From assembly GCA_964618015.1 (NCBI GenBank), contig CAZTZA010000004.1, positions 1,440 to 65,439 on the forward strand: 64,000 bases of DNA, in the 5' to 3' direction. Of this stretch, positions 26,251 through 36,517 are shown one piece after another. The notes below the pieces were generated by a model. The model made no database searches and was not told the DNA's origin. It saw nothing but the letters and a program-made list of their open reading frames with translations. The stretch is from an uncultured Spirochaetaceae bacterium (lineage in GTDB: Bacteria; Spirochaetota; Spirochaetia; SZUA-6; Bin103). The position numbers were made by a program, and so were the translations under genes. Numbering within the stretch: the first letter of the stretch is position 1; the number at the start of each line of letters is the position of its first letter.

Positions 26251-27201
26251 ATGGTACACGCGCATCACAAGTCATTTGGATCTAGGCTTTTTGACATTGC
26301 CAATTCATTCTTTATTCTTACCATTGGTCTAACAGCGCTGTACCCATTTCTCCATATGGCAGCGATATCTACGAGCGATTTCTTTGCTGTCGGATTTGGT
26401 AAAGTAAGTATACTTCCTGTTGACTTCAGCCTAGATATCTATACTTACCTGTTTCAGTATAATCCATTTATCGGTCGTGCTTACTTTAATTCTATTCTAT
26501 ATACTGTTTTAAACACTTTCCTCACGGTCTTGCTGTGCGCTATGGCCGGCTTTGCCCTTGCGCAACGTAGATTAGCATTTCGCGGATTCTCGGGAACCCT
26601 ATTGTTGGTCTCAATGTTCTTTGGGGGTGGCCTGATCCCGACCTTTCTGTGGATTAGAGAGCTCGGTATGTTGAATTCAATATGGTCAATCGTGCTGCCG
26701 AACGCGGTGGCGGCCTACTATGTATTTCTATTTCGGGTTTATATCCACAGTAACGTTAGTGAGGAGATTCTGGAGTCCGTTTACATCGATGGTGGCGGGG
26801 ATTTTCGAGTTTTCTTCAAGATTGTAATGCCCCTTATCAAGCCGATGATAGCAACGATTGGGTTATTTGCGGCCGTAGCCATGTGGAATTCTTTTTTCAG
26901 TGCTCTAATATATTTAAGCGACCGTAACAAGTACCCGCTAACGCTTTTCTTGAGGGAAGTAGCCGTGATCGGTGGCTTTGGAGGATCCAGTGTAGGTGGC
27001 CCTGATGCGGGTGCGGAGCAGCTCACTGCCTATGAGATGGAGGGACAGTTCGACGCTTCTCTTGAAGTATGGCAGGGCGGTTATTTGAAGGCAACGCAGA
27101 TGGCATTCACGCTGATCACTGTAATTCCGGTTCTCTTTGTGTACCCATTTGCACAGCGATATTTTGTTAAAGGTATCACAATAGGGTCTGTAAAAGGATA
27201 A
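26251..27201 (+). CDS. Carbohydrate ABC transporter permease, LplC/YtcQ-like (MalG-type)
   Basis: 'ESVYIDGGGDFRVFFKIVMPLIKPMIATIG' EAA region. Starts 2 nt after the upstream permease. Confidence 0.8.
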   Translation: MVHAHHKSFGSRLFDIANSFFILTIGLTALYPFLHMAAISTSDFFAVGFGKVSILPVDFSLDIYTYLFQYNPFIGRAYFNSILYTVLNTFLTVLLCAMAGFALAQRRLAFRGFSGTLLLVSMFFGGGLIPTFLWIRELGMLNSIWSIVLPNAVAAYYVFLFRVYIHSNVSEEILESVYIDGGGDFRVFFKIVMPLIKPMIATIGLFAAVAMWNSFFSALIYLSDRNKYPLTLFLREVAVIGGFGGSSVGGPDAGAEQLTAYEMEGQFDASLEVWQGGYLKATQMAFTLITVIPVLFVYPFAQRYFVKGITIGSVKG

Positions 27202-27295
27202 CGTGCTTGAGTTGCATTTGCACTGTTTGCTAAACTGCGTTGTTACGATAAGCTGATTATTTGCAGTTTAATAGAAACGTAAGGAGGCATTCGTT

Positions 27296-29014
27296 ATGAA
27301 ACAACGGCTTTTCCGTTGGGTGGTACTCTTAGCAGGTCTGATGATCGTATCAGCCGGCGCGTGGTCTGAGGGAAGCTCTGACGCGGCGTCAGGTGAGCCA
27401 CCGGTGATTGTTTGGTCGGGGTTCTATGAGTTTAATAAAAACGCTACCCCAGAAACCTTGGTGATGCAGTGGATTGGAGAGGCTACTGGTTCCGTTCTCC
27501 AGCCGATGCATGTCGAACAAGGAGATAGGGCTACCTGGTGGAGCACCACCTTGGCATCCTTGGATTTCCCAGACGTGATGGAATACTGGGGTCAAATGGG
27601 CGATGATCCAAATATTTACGGCCCACAAGGTCTATTTGTTCCTCTATCTGAGGAGCGAGCAGAAGGGCGCATGCCCAACTTCGATCGGGTGATGACACAC
27701 TGGGATGCAGATAACTTTCAACGTTTTGCACCAGATGGGCACGTTTACATAGCCACTAAGATAGAAGGGCGGTTTATTCAGCCAAAGGTACCGGGATTCG
27801 TACTTCGCAGTGACCTAATGGATGCAGCAGGGTATGACACCAGTATCCCTAATCAGTTCACGACTATCGACCAGGTGCAGCATGCGCTTATCGCTATGAA
27901 GCCGCATTGGGACGCTATGTTTGGTGGACCGACTCCTGGTATGCATACCCGCGGTGACCGTGGTATTCGCAACAGTGGTCAGCTGCCTCGTGTTATCTAT
28001 AAGGACGAGTTCGCTGCTGATACCGCGATGCAGCTAGAGCCAGATAACGTCTGGCGGTTTGGTCCTCTTAGCCCTCGCTTCAAGCGTGCTACTGAGTTTC
28101 TCAGGGCGATGCACGAAGCTGGTATTCTGCACCCCGATTACCTGACGATGGCTGAAAAAGATCAGCGTCGACTTGACTGGGATGAAGGCAAGACCATGTA
28201 CTGGTGGGGTACTTGGGCTAGTAGTATCGAGCCTACTCAGGCTGAGAGATATTGTAGCCAAGGTACGGGCGGCGATGCATTCTGCGGTTTTTCTTCCTAT
28301 CCGGTTGTTGCTCCGACGGTAGATGGAGATGACCCCTGGATCCGGCAGCGCTCGATTGCAAGTTCGCGCGCGGTACTATCCGCTGACGGAGATAACGTTG
28401 CGAGCGCAGTAGCTATGCTCGACTTCCTTTACAGTGATGAGGGCGCTACGATTGCGTCATATGGTCCTGAGGGCTATGCCTGGGAATTCGATGATACTCC
28501 AGGAAACGACTGGAATCGCCGATGGACTTTGTGTTGGAGCGGTTCATATCCGGCACTAGAGTGCCAGGAGAACGATCCAGATCGCTCTAAGACTCGCGGT
28601 GAGATGATCGGCGAGGGCCCGCAGGTATTAATACAGGGCGGACCATCTGATACATGGGGGATGGACTGGACCAATTATTATTGGGATCCAGCTGACCTCG
28701 AAGGCAAGAAGGCTGATCGGGCCGTCACCCTACAGACTTGGAGCGATTGGCGCGCAGCCGGTAGTTGGGCTCTTGATCCCGTACCTGCCTTTGGCTTTGA
28801 GCCTGACGAGTTAGACGAGAAGGCTCAATTGGAGCAGCAGTTGCACACCTATGTTGATGAGCAGATCGCACGATTTATCAACGGTCAGAACAATATGCAC
28901 AGCGACTACAGAGCTTTTACGAGTCGTCTCAATGATCTAGGCGCAGCTCGGTTGGCAGAGATCTACAATACGGCGATGAATCGGTACCTGGACGCTGCGG
29001 GTATCTCACTTTAA
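27296..29014 (+). CDS. Extracellular solute-binding protein, family 1, large LplA-like (~570 aa), secreted
   Basis: Signal peptide 'VVLLAGLMIVSAGAWS', AGGAGG RBS, and the size and Trp-rich composition typical of LplA-type polysaccharide-fragment binding proteins. Confidence 0.7.
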   Translation: MKQRLFRWVVLLAGLMIVSAGAWSEGSSDAASGEPPVIVWSGFYEFNKNATPETLVMQWIGEATGSVLQPMHVEQGDRATWWSTTLASLDFPDVMEYWGQMGDDPNIYGPQGLFVPLSEERAEGRMPNFDRVMTHWDADNFQRFAPDGHVYIATKIEGRFIQPKVPGFVLRSDLMDAAGYDTSIPNQFTTIDQVQHALIAMKPHWDAMFGGPTPGMHTRGDRGIRNSGQLPRVIYKDEFAADTAMQLEPDNVWRFGPLSPRFKRATEFLRAMHEAGILHPDYLTMAEKDQRRLDWDEGKTMYWWGTWASSIEPTQAERYCSQGTGGDAFCGFSSYPVVAPTVDGDDPWIRQRSIASSRAVLSADGDNVASAVAMLDFLYSDEGATIASYGPEGYAWEFDDTPGNDWNRRWTLCWSGSYPALECQENDPDRSKTRGEMIGEGPQVLIQGGPSDTWGMDWTNYYWDPADLEGKKADRAVTLQTWSDWRAAGSWALDPVPAFGFEPDELDEKAQLEQQLHTYVDEQIARFINGQNNMHSDYRAFTSRLNDLGAARLAEIYNTAMNRYLDAAGISL

Positions 29015-29042
29015 GCGCCAGGTCTCTTGACGAGGCTGATGA

Positions 29043-29085
29043 CGGTCGGACTGGGGCGGATGCTTCAGTCTGACCGTTTTTTTTT
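29043..29085 (+). terminator. Rho-independent terminator after the binding-protein gene
   Basis: 11-bp stem CGGTCGGACTG / CAGTCTGACCG with one G·U pair, a 12-nt loop, then T9. Confidence 0.7.
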
Positions 29086-30732
29086 ATGTTCTCTTTAGTC
29101 TGCAAATGGCGACGTCAGTTCGCTATTACTGTGGTCGCCCTTTGGGGGGTTCTCATTGGTTCTGCTTATGCTGATGGGGTACCAGCCCAGGTTACTGTCC
29201 AGATAAGTGAGCTTGCCCCTCGTACAGGTTGTGAGACGGAATTTAGGGTTCATGAGTTAGACCACCGGACGCTGCCTTCTGGATACCCGATTCAACTATT
29301 CGACAGTCATGGCACCGGGATAGCTGCTGGCGATCTCGATAGCGATGGTGACCTTGACTTGGTGCTTACTAATCTCGAGGGGCCTGCTTCGATACTATGG
29401 AACGAGGGTAAACTGAAATTTCGGCACGAGATGCTCCCGATCAGACATTCTCGAGCTGTCACCATTATTGATGCTGACGGGGATGGCATCCTCGATATAG
29501 CTTTGACGAAAAGTACAGGTCCAATAGAGATTTGGAGCAGGGACACTCTAGAGGAAAATTTTAAACGGCTTCTACAGCCGATGCCTAGAGAAATAGCTTT
29601 TACGATGGCTTGGGGTGACCTGGATAGAGACGGTGATCTTGACCTTGTTACGGCTACTTACGACGCTGAGATTGTGAAGAATTTTGGCTTCGGGCATGAG
29701 TCGGGAGGTGTCTTTTACCATGAAAGATCCGGGGATCAGTTGCTAAGTAATCGACTATCTGATCGTGCTGAAGCCTTAGCGCTTTTATTAGTTGATCTTA
29801 ATGATGATGGTCAGCTAGACATTCATGTCGGAAACGACTTCGCTTTAATTGATGAGGTCTGGTTACGTGTCGAAGACGGCTGGTCGAAGGCTATGCCATT
29901 TGCGGCGATTAGCCGTAACACGATGAGCCTAGATGCGGGTGACGTGGATGGGGACGGTAGAGAAGAGTTATTTGTAGCCGACATGAGCCCGTATAGTTTG
30001 GAGCTAGCCCGGCACTATCTCACGGTGATGATGAGGATGGCAGAGTTTCCGGGCGAGCAGGCAGACCAACAAGTGATTGCTAACGTTCTCCTCTTCCGTG
30101 GTGCGGATGGAATCTATCAGAACAGGGCATTGAGTGCAGGGGTAGGTTCGAGTGGATGGAGCTGGTCTTCGAAATTTGGTGATCTAGATCACGATGGGAC
30201 TCTAGATCTCTATATTGTTAATGGCATGGTCGGGAGCGAACAGTTTCCGTATTTACCAGGGGGAGAACTAATTGAGGAGAATCAAGCATTCCGAAATATT
30301 GGTGACGGTAAATTTGAACCGGTTCCACAATGGGGACTTGGTTCCAAGAGAAGTGGTCGTGGTATGGGCATGATTGATCTCGACCTGGACGGCGACCTGG
30401 ATATCGTTGTCAATAATTTAGCGTCCCGGGCACAGTTGTTTGAGAATAGAACCTGTGAGGGTACATCCGTTCAGGTTGACCTGCATCAGTCGGGGGGAAA
30501 CACGCGTGCAATTGGAGCAGTCGTTCTACTACACACTAGCGATGGTATCCAGCGACGAGATATCCGTTCGGCGAGTGGATATCTATTTGGAGACCCTCAA
30601 CGCGTTCACTTCGGTTCGTCTCACGACACACTTCTTCAGGCTCTGGAAGTGCGATGGCCTGATGGTGCTGTTTCAACAATTCAAGATCCCCCAACCGATG
30701 CACTTGTTTCGGTATATCGCCTTCGCGGATAG
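29086..30732 (+). CDS. CRTAC1-family protein: FG-GAP/VCBS β-propeller repeats plus a C-terminal ASPIC/UnbV domain, secreted
   Basis: Signal peptide; repeated 'DLDSDGDLDLV', 'DADGDGILDIAL', 'DLDRDGDLDLVTA' and 'DLDHDGTLDLYIVNG'. The C-terminus 'RRDIRSASGYLFGDPQRVHFGSS...VRWPDG' is UnbV_ASPIC-like. Confidence 0.7.
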   Translation: MFSLVCKWRRQFAITVVALWGVLIGSAYADGVPAQVTVQISELAPRTGCETEFRVHELDHRTLPSGYPIQLFDSHGTGIAAGDLDSDGDLDLVLTNLEGPASILWNEGKLKFRHEMLPIRHSRAVTIIDADGDGILDIALTKSTGPIEIWSRDTLEENFKRLLQPMPREIAFTMAWGDLDRDGDLDLVTATYDAEIVKNFGFGHESGGVFYHERSGDQLLSNRLSDRAEALALLLVDLNDDGQLDIHVGNDFALIDEVWLRVEDGWSKAMPFAAISRNTMSLDAGDVDGDGREELFVADMSPYSLELARHYLTVMMRMAEFPGEQADQQVIANVLLFRGADGIYQNRALSAGVGSSGWSWSSKFGDLDHDGTLDLYIVNGMVGSEQFPYLPGGELIEENQAFRNIGDGKFEPVPQWGLGSKRSGRGMGMIDLDLDGDLDIVVNNLASRAQLFENRTCEGTSVQVDLHQSGGNTRAIGAVVLLHTSDGIQRRDIRSASGYLFGDPQRVHFGSSHDTLLQALEVRWPDGAVSTIQDPPTDALVSVYRLRG

Positions 30733-30789
30733 AAAGTTGTTTTCTCTGCTATCAATAAGATAGACAGAGCTACGGATATTCTAAGAGAA

Positions 30790-32328
30790 ATGGCTAATCG
30801 AGAGGGTTCTCCAGCTTTTCGGGGATGGGCAATTCTGATTGCAGCTGGAGTATTGACAGTAGTGATCGGATTCGTTGTTTTCTTTCGTGGGGCTGACGGA
30901 GTTGAACCTAACGCTTGGCGCTCACTTCCTGATGTCCCAGAGGTTGTAGTAGTGAGCTGTGCCGGCTGTCATGATCCCCCCAACCCGGACGAACTTGCAC
31001 GGGCTGATTGGTTCCGTTCGCTGGCACGAATGAGATCGATCATGGCGGAGCAGGCAGGGGTTCAGCTTACAGACTACGATTATTTTCAGGTTTGGAAGTA
31101 TTTTCGTAATCATTCGCCCGACACCCTACCTATATTGGCTCAAGATCCAGTTGATTCACCGATCTTATTCGTTGCGGATTCTATTGCTCCCCCTGAGGGG
31201 GTTCCTCCACTAATTACTTCTGTCCAAGCGGTTGATTTTGATGCTGACGGTACTATCGAAATCTTGGTCAGTGACGCTCGGCGTAATACAGTTTCAATGA
31301 TGTCTATGGCAGATGATCGGTGGAAGGAAAAGGTGATTGGTCATATAGCAGCGCCAGCACGTGCGGAAGTGCACGACCTTGACGGAGACGGAGATCAGGA
31401 CATTGTAGTTGCATCTCTTGGGATCTTGCCGCCTACCGATGAGTTGGTCGGCAGTGTTGTTTTGTTAAGGTCGATCTCTGATGGATACCGGACGGAAGTG
31501 TTATTAAGTGACGTTGGTCGCGTAGCTGACGTTCGTGTCGGTGATATAGACGCTGATGGTGACATGGATCTGGCGGTTGCTATATTCGGTCATATCTCCA
31601 CTGGAGCGATCGTATGGATGGAGCAGGTTGACGGCGGTACCTTCCGATATCATGAACTTGAAGCTGTATCCGGGGCTAGCCATGTGCCAATCGTTGACCT
31701 CGATGGCGATGGTCTATTGGATATAGTCGCTCTAATATCACAGGCGAGTGAAAAGATCGACGTGTTCATGAATCATGGGTTTGGCGTCTTTAAGAAGCGA
31801 ACGTTATTTCGAGCGCCACCGCCCCTATTTGGATCCTCCGGCATTTCGCCGGTCGACCTTGATCAAGATGGGGATATAGACTTCATCTATAGCAACGGTG
31901 ACGCCTTCGATGTACCTGCGGCTCAGTCAACATCCATGTTACGTCCGTACCATGGGGTCCAATGGTTGGAGAACCGAGGTCGACGAGGTTTTGTAAGCCA
32001 TGATTTGCTCCGCTATTACGGTGCATTCAGTCCAATTCCAGCCGACCTTGATGAAGACGGAGATACTGATATCGTTGTCACTAGCTTGGTGAATGATTGG
32101 GCTGATGAGTCTCGTCGCAGCTTGATCTGGCTGGAGAACGACGGATCCCAGCAATTTACCGCGCATGGCATCGCGAGTTCTCCGACGCATCTGGTTTCAG
32201 CTGATGTTGCTGATATAGACGGAAACGGTCGCTTGGACATAGTAGCTGGTGGTTTGCATATGTTCCCGCCGTACAATCGGCTGGGACGTGTGACGGTTTG
32301 GGCTAATCAAGGTTCACTAGGCCAATAA
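30790..32328 (+). CDS. FG-GAP repeat protein with an N-terminal membrane anchor and a CxxCH motif
   Basis: TM helix 'WAILIAAGVLTVVIGFVVFF'; 'SCAGCHD' at nt 30958–30972; at least seven 'D.D.DG..D(I/L)' repeats. Confidence 0.65.
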   Translation: MANREGSPAFRGWAILIAAGVLTVVIGFVVFFRGADGVEPNAWRSLPDVPEVVVVSCAGCHDPPNPDELARADWFRSLARMRSIMAEQAGVQLTDYDYFQVWKYFRNHSPDTLPILAQDPVDSPILFVADSIAPPEGVPPLITSVQAVDFDADGTIEILVSDARRNTVSMMSMADDRWKEKVIGHIAAPARAEVHDLDGDGDQDIVVASLGILPPTDELVGSVVLLRSISDGYRTEVLLSDVGRVADVRVGDIDADGDMDLAVAIFGHISTGAIVWMEQVDGGTFRYHELEAVSGASHVPIVDLDGDGLLDIVALISQASEKIDVFMNHGFGVFKKRTLFRAPPPLFGSSGISPVDLDQDGDIDFIYSNGDAFDVPAAQSTSMLRPYHGVQWLENRGRRGFVSHDLLRYYGAFSPIPADLDEDGDTDIVVTSLVNDWADESRRSLIWLENDGSQQFTAHGIASSPTHLVSADVADIDGNGRLDIVAGGLHMFPPYNRLGRVTVWANQGSLGQ

Positions 32329-32598
32329 TAGTTTTGATATAGTTTTTTCCTTGAGAAAATCCATGAACTGGACTGCGAGTAGCAGCTTACCTCTCTTAGG
32401 GATTGAGACTGGCGATGAGGCCAATTTTTTTAAATTGATTCAGCGTCAACAGGCATTTCTTGAGATGTTTGATCATACTCTTCAGACTCAGAGAATAATA
32501 TTTTGAGCTGATTCGTTTTAAGCGTCCTGAATAATTCTGGATTCTTGTGCAGACTAAGGGCCTGAGATTATGGTTGAATCACTGACGGAGACAGTCCT

Positions 32599-33171
32599 AT
32601 GAGTTGGCAGGAATTCAGAGCAGGTGCGATTCGATATTTCACAGTGCTAGGGGTAATCACCGCGATCATTGTAATAGTCGCCCTGTTTTCACTACGAACA
32701 AAAGTCGCAAGTAAGTTGTATGAGCATCGTGCAGGGCGTAGTGTTGTTGGAGTATGGGAGGGCGAGCGTGAGTCGGGAACGCTCAAAGACATTCCGTTGA
32801 TCCGAGCTCGATGGGTGTTCACAGAAAGTAGCTTTACGTTAAATACTGACTACTATTATGAGGATTCCGGTGCGTGGCAGCGTGTCCACGAGATGCAGGG
32901 TGATTATGAATATATTCGGAAAGGTGGTCTAAGACCTTCAAAGGTGTCGTTGAGCAGCGTAACTGTGCGGAGGGCCAGCAGCTCCAAAAGTACAGACCCA
33001 ATTAATCTACGGTATGCGTTACGGCTGGATCCAGTAGATGACACAATGGATAAGTGGAATTCTCCAAGGATTGAATACCCGGATTTAACCGTTCGTTATT
33101 CAAAGGACAGCAAAACCCTGAGCATTGGCACGAATTTGATTGGGGTGGCCAGTTATGAAAAGGTCGAATGA
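32599..33171 (+). CDS. Hypothetical single-pass membrane protein (190 aa)
   Basis: One TM ('FTVLGVITAIIVIVALF') followed by a Tyr-rich soluble domain; no known motif. Confidence 0.4.
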   Translation: MSWQEFRAGAIRYFTVLGVITAIIVIVALFSLRTKVASKLYEHRAGRSVVGVWEGERESGTLKDIPLIRARWVFTESSFTLNTDYYYEDSGAWQRVHEMQGDYEYIRKGGLRPSKVSLSSVTVRRASSSKSTDPINLRYALRLDPVDDTMDKWNSPRIEYPDLTVRYSKDSKTLSIGTNLIGVASYEKVE

Positions 33172-33240
33172 TCAGAAAATTCTACCTTAGATCGTTGGAT
33201 TATAGAGACCTTTGTAGCTTTCTATGGTTATTAAAGCTCG

Positions 33241-34227
33241 TCAACGGATCGTTGTTGGTCTGATCGGAGTTCCGAGCTCGGACGAACGAATGGCGGCTAG
33301 CGCGACCTGCAGTGATTCACGTCCTTCGGTAGCACCAATACTCGGTTGGCGGCCTGTAGTAATTCCTTGCAGGAAGTCGGTAATTTCTTCACCGATCGCG
33401 TGTCCAAAGCTAGACTTTTCGTAACGACCTTCGTTCACGCAAACTCCCAGTCCCTGATCGGATAGGTCTATTCGTGCAGTTCCTCCAGTGCCAATTATCT
33501 CTAATTTTATATCTGCACTAGGAATCTCTAATGGCAGTGACCAGCCACTTTCCACACAGGCTATCGTACCTTTTTCTAGTCGTGCCACCGTAAAGGCGAC
33601 ATCTTCGACATGGTAGCCCTTTGCGACGAGCATGCCACTTCGTGCTTCCGTGTGTACCCTCAGGAACTCTTGTCCCGTTAGCCAGCGAATAGTGTCGTAG
33701 TCGTGGATACCGAGAAAGAGCTGTGCAGAAACGCGGCCGCGCAGGTTTTCCTGTGATGCCCTACTGGTGATTCGGCGTGCATGTAGACTGATAGGATCAC
33801 CTAATTTACCGTCATCCAACAGTTGCTTGACGCGTACGTATCGTGGATCGAATCGGACAATATGAGCTACCATCAGTTGTCCAGGAGCGTTCTTTGCTGC
33901 CGTGACAATCCGGTCGGCATCCCGAATAGTAGTCGCAATCGGTTTCTCCAATAGCACGTGTTTCCCAGCATCAAGAGCGATCAAAGTTGGTTCGACATGG
34001 TTTGCATCAGGGGTGCAAACGCTTACCGCTTCCACTTCCGGACGGCTGAGTAAATCATCAATGCTATTGAACATAGCGGTGCCGACTTCCGATGCAATGG
34101 ACTGTGCTGAATCAGCGTTCGTGTCGAATACTCCGATCAGTCTTGCGCGAGGTTCTGCGGCGTAAGCACGGGCATGAATAGCGCCCATATAGCCAACACC
34201 GATGACACCGACTCCCACTTTAGACAT
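33241..34227 (-). CDS. Gfo/Idh/MocA family oxidoreductase
   Basis: 'VGVGVIGVGYMGAIHARAY' N-terminus and 'EKP' in 'VLLEKPIA'. Confidence 0.8.
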   Translation of the reverse strand: MSKVGVGVIGVGYMGAIHARAYAAEPRARLIGVFDTNADSAQSIASEVGTAMFNSIDDLLSRPEVEAVSVCTPDANHVEPTLIALDAGKHVLLEKPIATTIRDADRIVTAAKNAPGQLMVAHIVRFDPRYVRVKQLLDDGKLGDPISLHARRITSRASQENLRGRVSAQLFLGIHDYDTIRWLTGQEFLRVHTEARSGMLVAKGYHVEDVAFTVARLEKGTIACVESGWSLPLEIPSADIKLEIIGTGGTARIDLSDQGLGVCVNEGRYEKSSFGHAIGEEITDFLQGITTGRQPSIGATEGRESLQVALAAIRSSELGTPIRPTTIR

Positions 34228-34240
34228 CTATTTTTTACTC

Positions 34241-36097
34241 TTATCCGGGTGATACACCGTGCATATTCCAGTCACCAAGGGTCAAGAGCGGCTGGATTGC
34301 CCTATTTTCTTCTAATATTTCTGGTCTCACGTCACGCAGTCGGGCGCATTGTTCTTTAAGTTCACGCTCGGACAGAGGAGTACCCAACGAAGGTTTTCCG
34401 GCTGCGTGCCACCGTTCGATTTCGTCGCGATGGCCTAAGCGGCGTAGTGCGTTCCAGTAGCCTCGATGGTGGTCTCGCTGGTAACTATCCCAAAAGAATA
34501 GGCTTTCGCTACCAGCGTCATAGAGCATCTTAGCCATGCGACGAAACTCTTCTGGTGGCATAAACCGTGGCATAACGTTCATAGCCAACCGGCAATTGGT
34601 CCCAGATACGGCGTCTGTAAACGGTTGCACTTGCTCTGGTCCACTCCAGGTATCTGTTGGGACTGGCAGTGCGTACGGTGCATTACTATATGGCATCAGC
34701 GTATCTACCAAGCCTTCTCGGGCCCAAGTTTCTACGTCGATACCAAAAAACAGATTATCTTCAATCGAACCAAGAATGCAGGCTGAGATTTCAATTGGCT
34801 GTCCTCGCGTAATAGCGGCAGCGTTCATCGCTTCGCGAACGCGACGCATAAATATTGTGAGCATGCTGGCGCGGTAACGCAGCCATTCAGGGTCATCCGG
34901 AGGCACGTCGAATGGACTTTTGCCGGCTGATGTTTTGAACCCTTCTACCAATGGCTCCTCGTAATCCAGGTAAGGTGGTCGGCGATTGTATAATAGAGTA
35001 ATGCCGTCAACCGAGTAGGATAAGGCCACCTCCTGTAGTACGGATATACAGAAATCCTGAACTTCTGAGAACGCGTAAGAAAGCCGGGTTTGATCTCGAC
35101 CGTCTCGGTCTTTACAACGCCACTCTGGGTGGCGATCGTATAGTCCGTTTGCGAACGCGTAGTCGAGCAACGGCGGCGGATAGGTCCAGCCAGCCAGACG
35201 ATAAGCAGCGTGAAATCCAAGTCCCATACTGTGCGCATAGGCAACCGCCTCGCCAAACGGATCTATGCCGGCTGCAATCATACGGTTCCACCCTTCGTGC
35301 AAATAGCGGTCGTACTTGCGGCCGTAGTCTGGAGGAGTAATTTGGTCAAAGGTGCGGCCGATTTTACTAGGATAGTTGAGTAGATCTCCTGATCCGGCCT
35401 CCCAATGGATTCGCTCAAAATCACTATCGCGGTACGATTCGAGTTCTTCCCAGATCGACTCGATAGTGCCGGCCCTTAGTACGTTGCTGATATCCGTATG
35501 ACCCTGTAGTCGCTTGTTAGATTGATTCGCTCGGTCAGCCTCAAAGAGCAAGGCCTCTTGATCGGTGAGAGGTACGAGCTTGATGTAGGCAATCCGCGCC
35601 GGAGAATGGTCTCCAAGCTCCGGATGGTCGTTGGTACCTTCGCGCAAGCTGAATTGGGAGAACGTGATATGCTGCCCAGTTAGGTCTGCAACCTTCCAGA
35701 AAATCTCCTCAAGGCGTCGTCGTTTGAGGTGCCCGCCGGGATCCCATTCGAGGACCACAAACGAAGGATCGTCAGTCAATTTTGCTCTGAGCCAAACTAC
35801 GTCACCACTCGAATTGTGCCAGTCAATCTGACCAATGTCGCTCGGGTGGATACCGATCGAGATAGCGTGCAGACCATGTAAATCCAGTGGATAAGTCACA
35901 TCTGGGGCTCCGGTCTCCGGGTTGACCATAATCATAGTTCCGCAGAACTGGGGGGTCTCATATTCGAGAGTACGCCACGCTCCTCGTTGGGAACGTGAGG
36001 TTAGGGCTGTTGGTGGTTTGCAACGGTCCATATCTGAAACATAGATCGGGGACGAAGCAAACGCGCGATCGCCGAGCAGGTCAGGTTGAGGAAGCAT
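34241..36097 (-). CDS. Hypothetical protein, 618 aa; possibly a TIM-barrel glycoside-hydrolase-like domain (very tentative)
   Basis: Long ORF with consistent coding composition, 13 nt upstream of the oxidoreductase on the same strand. No motif identified with confidence. Confidence 0.45.
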   Translation of the reverse strand: MLPQPDLLGDRAFASSPIYVSDMDRCKPPTALTSRSQRGAWRTLEYETPQFCGTMIMVNPETGAPDVTYPLDLHGLHAISIGIHPSDIGQIDWHNSSGDVVWLRAKLTDDPSFVVLEWDPGGHLKRRRLEEIFWKVADLTGQHITFSQFSLREGTNDHPELGDHSPARIAYIKLVPLTDQEALLFEADRANQSNKRLQGHTDISNVLRAGTIESIWEELESYRDSDFERIHWEAGSGDLLNYPSKIGRTFDQITPPDYGRKYDRYLHEGWNRMIAAGIDPFGEAVAYAHSMGLGFHAAYRLAGWTYPPPLLDYAFANGLYDRHPEWRCKDRDGRDQTRLSYAFSEVQDFCISVLQEVALSYSVDGITLLYNRRPPYLDYEEPLVEGFKTSAGKSPFDVPPDDPEWLRYRASMLTIFMRRVREAMNAAAITRGQPIEISACILGSIEDNLFFGIDVETWAREGLVDTLMPYSNAPYALPVPTDTWSGPEQVQPFTDAVSGTNCRLAMNVMPRFMPPEEFRRMAKMLYDAGSESLFFWDSYQRDHHRGYWNALRRLGHRDEIERWHAAGKPSLGTPLSERELKEQCARLRDVRPEILEENRAIQPLLTLGDWNMHGVSPG

Positions 36098-36517
36098 AGC
36101 AATAGTCTATGTTCGATCACTGGGCGATAAAAGGGCAGGAATAACTCTTTCTTTACAAATTCTACACCTTGCTTATCCTGGCAATCCCACTTTCAGACTA
36201 CTATCGAGCAGAATCTGGTATGTAGTACCTGTCTATGAATTACTAGCATATGGCAAGTCGCTTTAGGTAGAGATTATCTCTACAAGTAAGTATCAAAAAT
36301 TAAAACGGCATAGTCCTATAAATTGAGCAGCACCAAGCCTACTCCTATCAAACATTTGGTACTGCAGGGACTTTTCTGAGGTTGGCTCTTATTGTTATAC
36401 ACCATCTGGTATCGAAGCGTTTATAGGATAAGAGTCAGGGAAAATGCCTACAGATTATTATAAATCGATCCAAGCTCTTTAAAAATCTTTCCTCGAGGGG
36501 AGAGAGAACGTCTAGTG

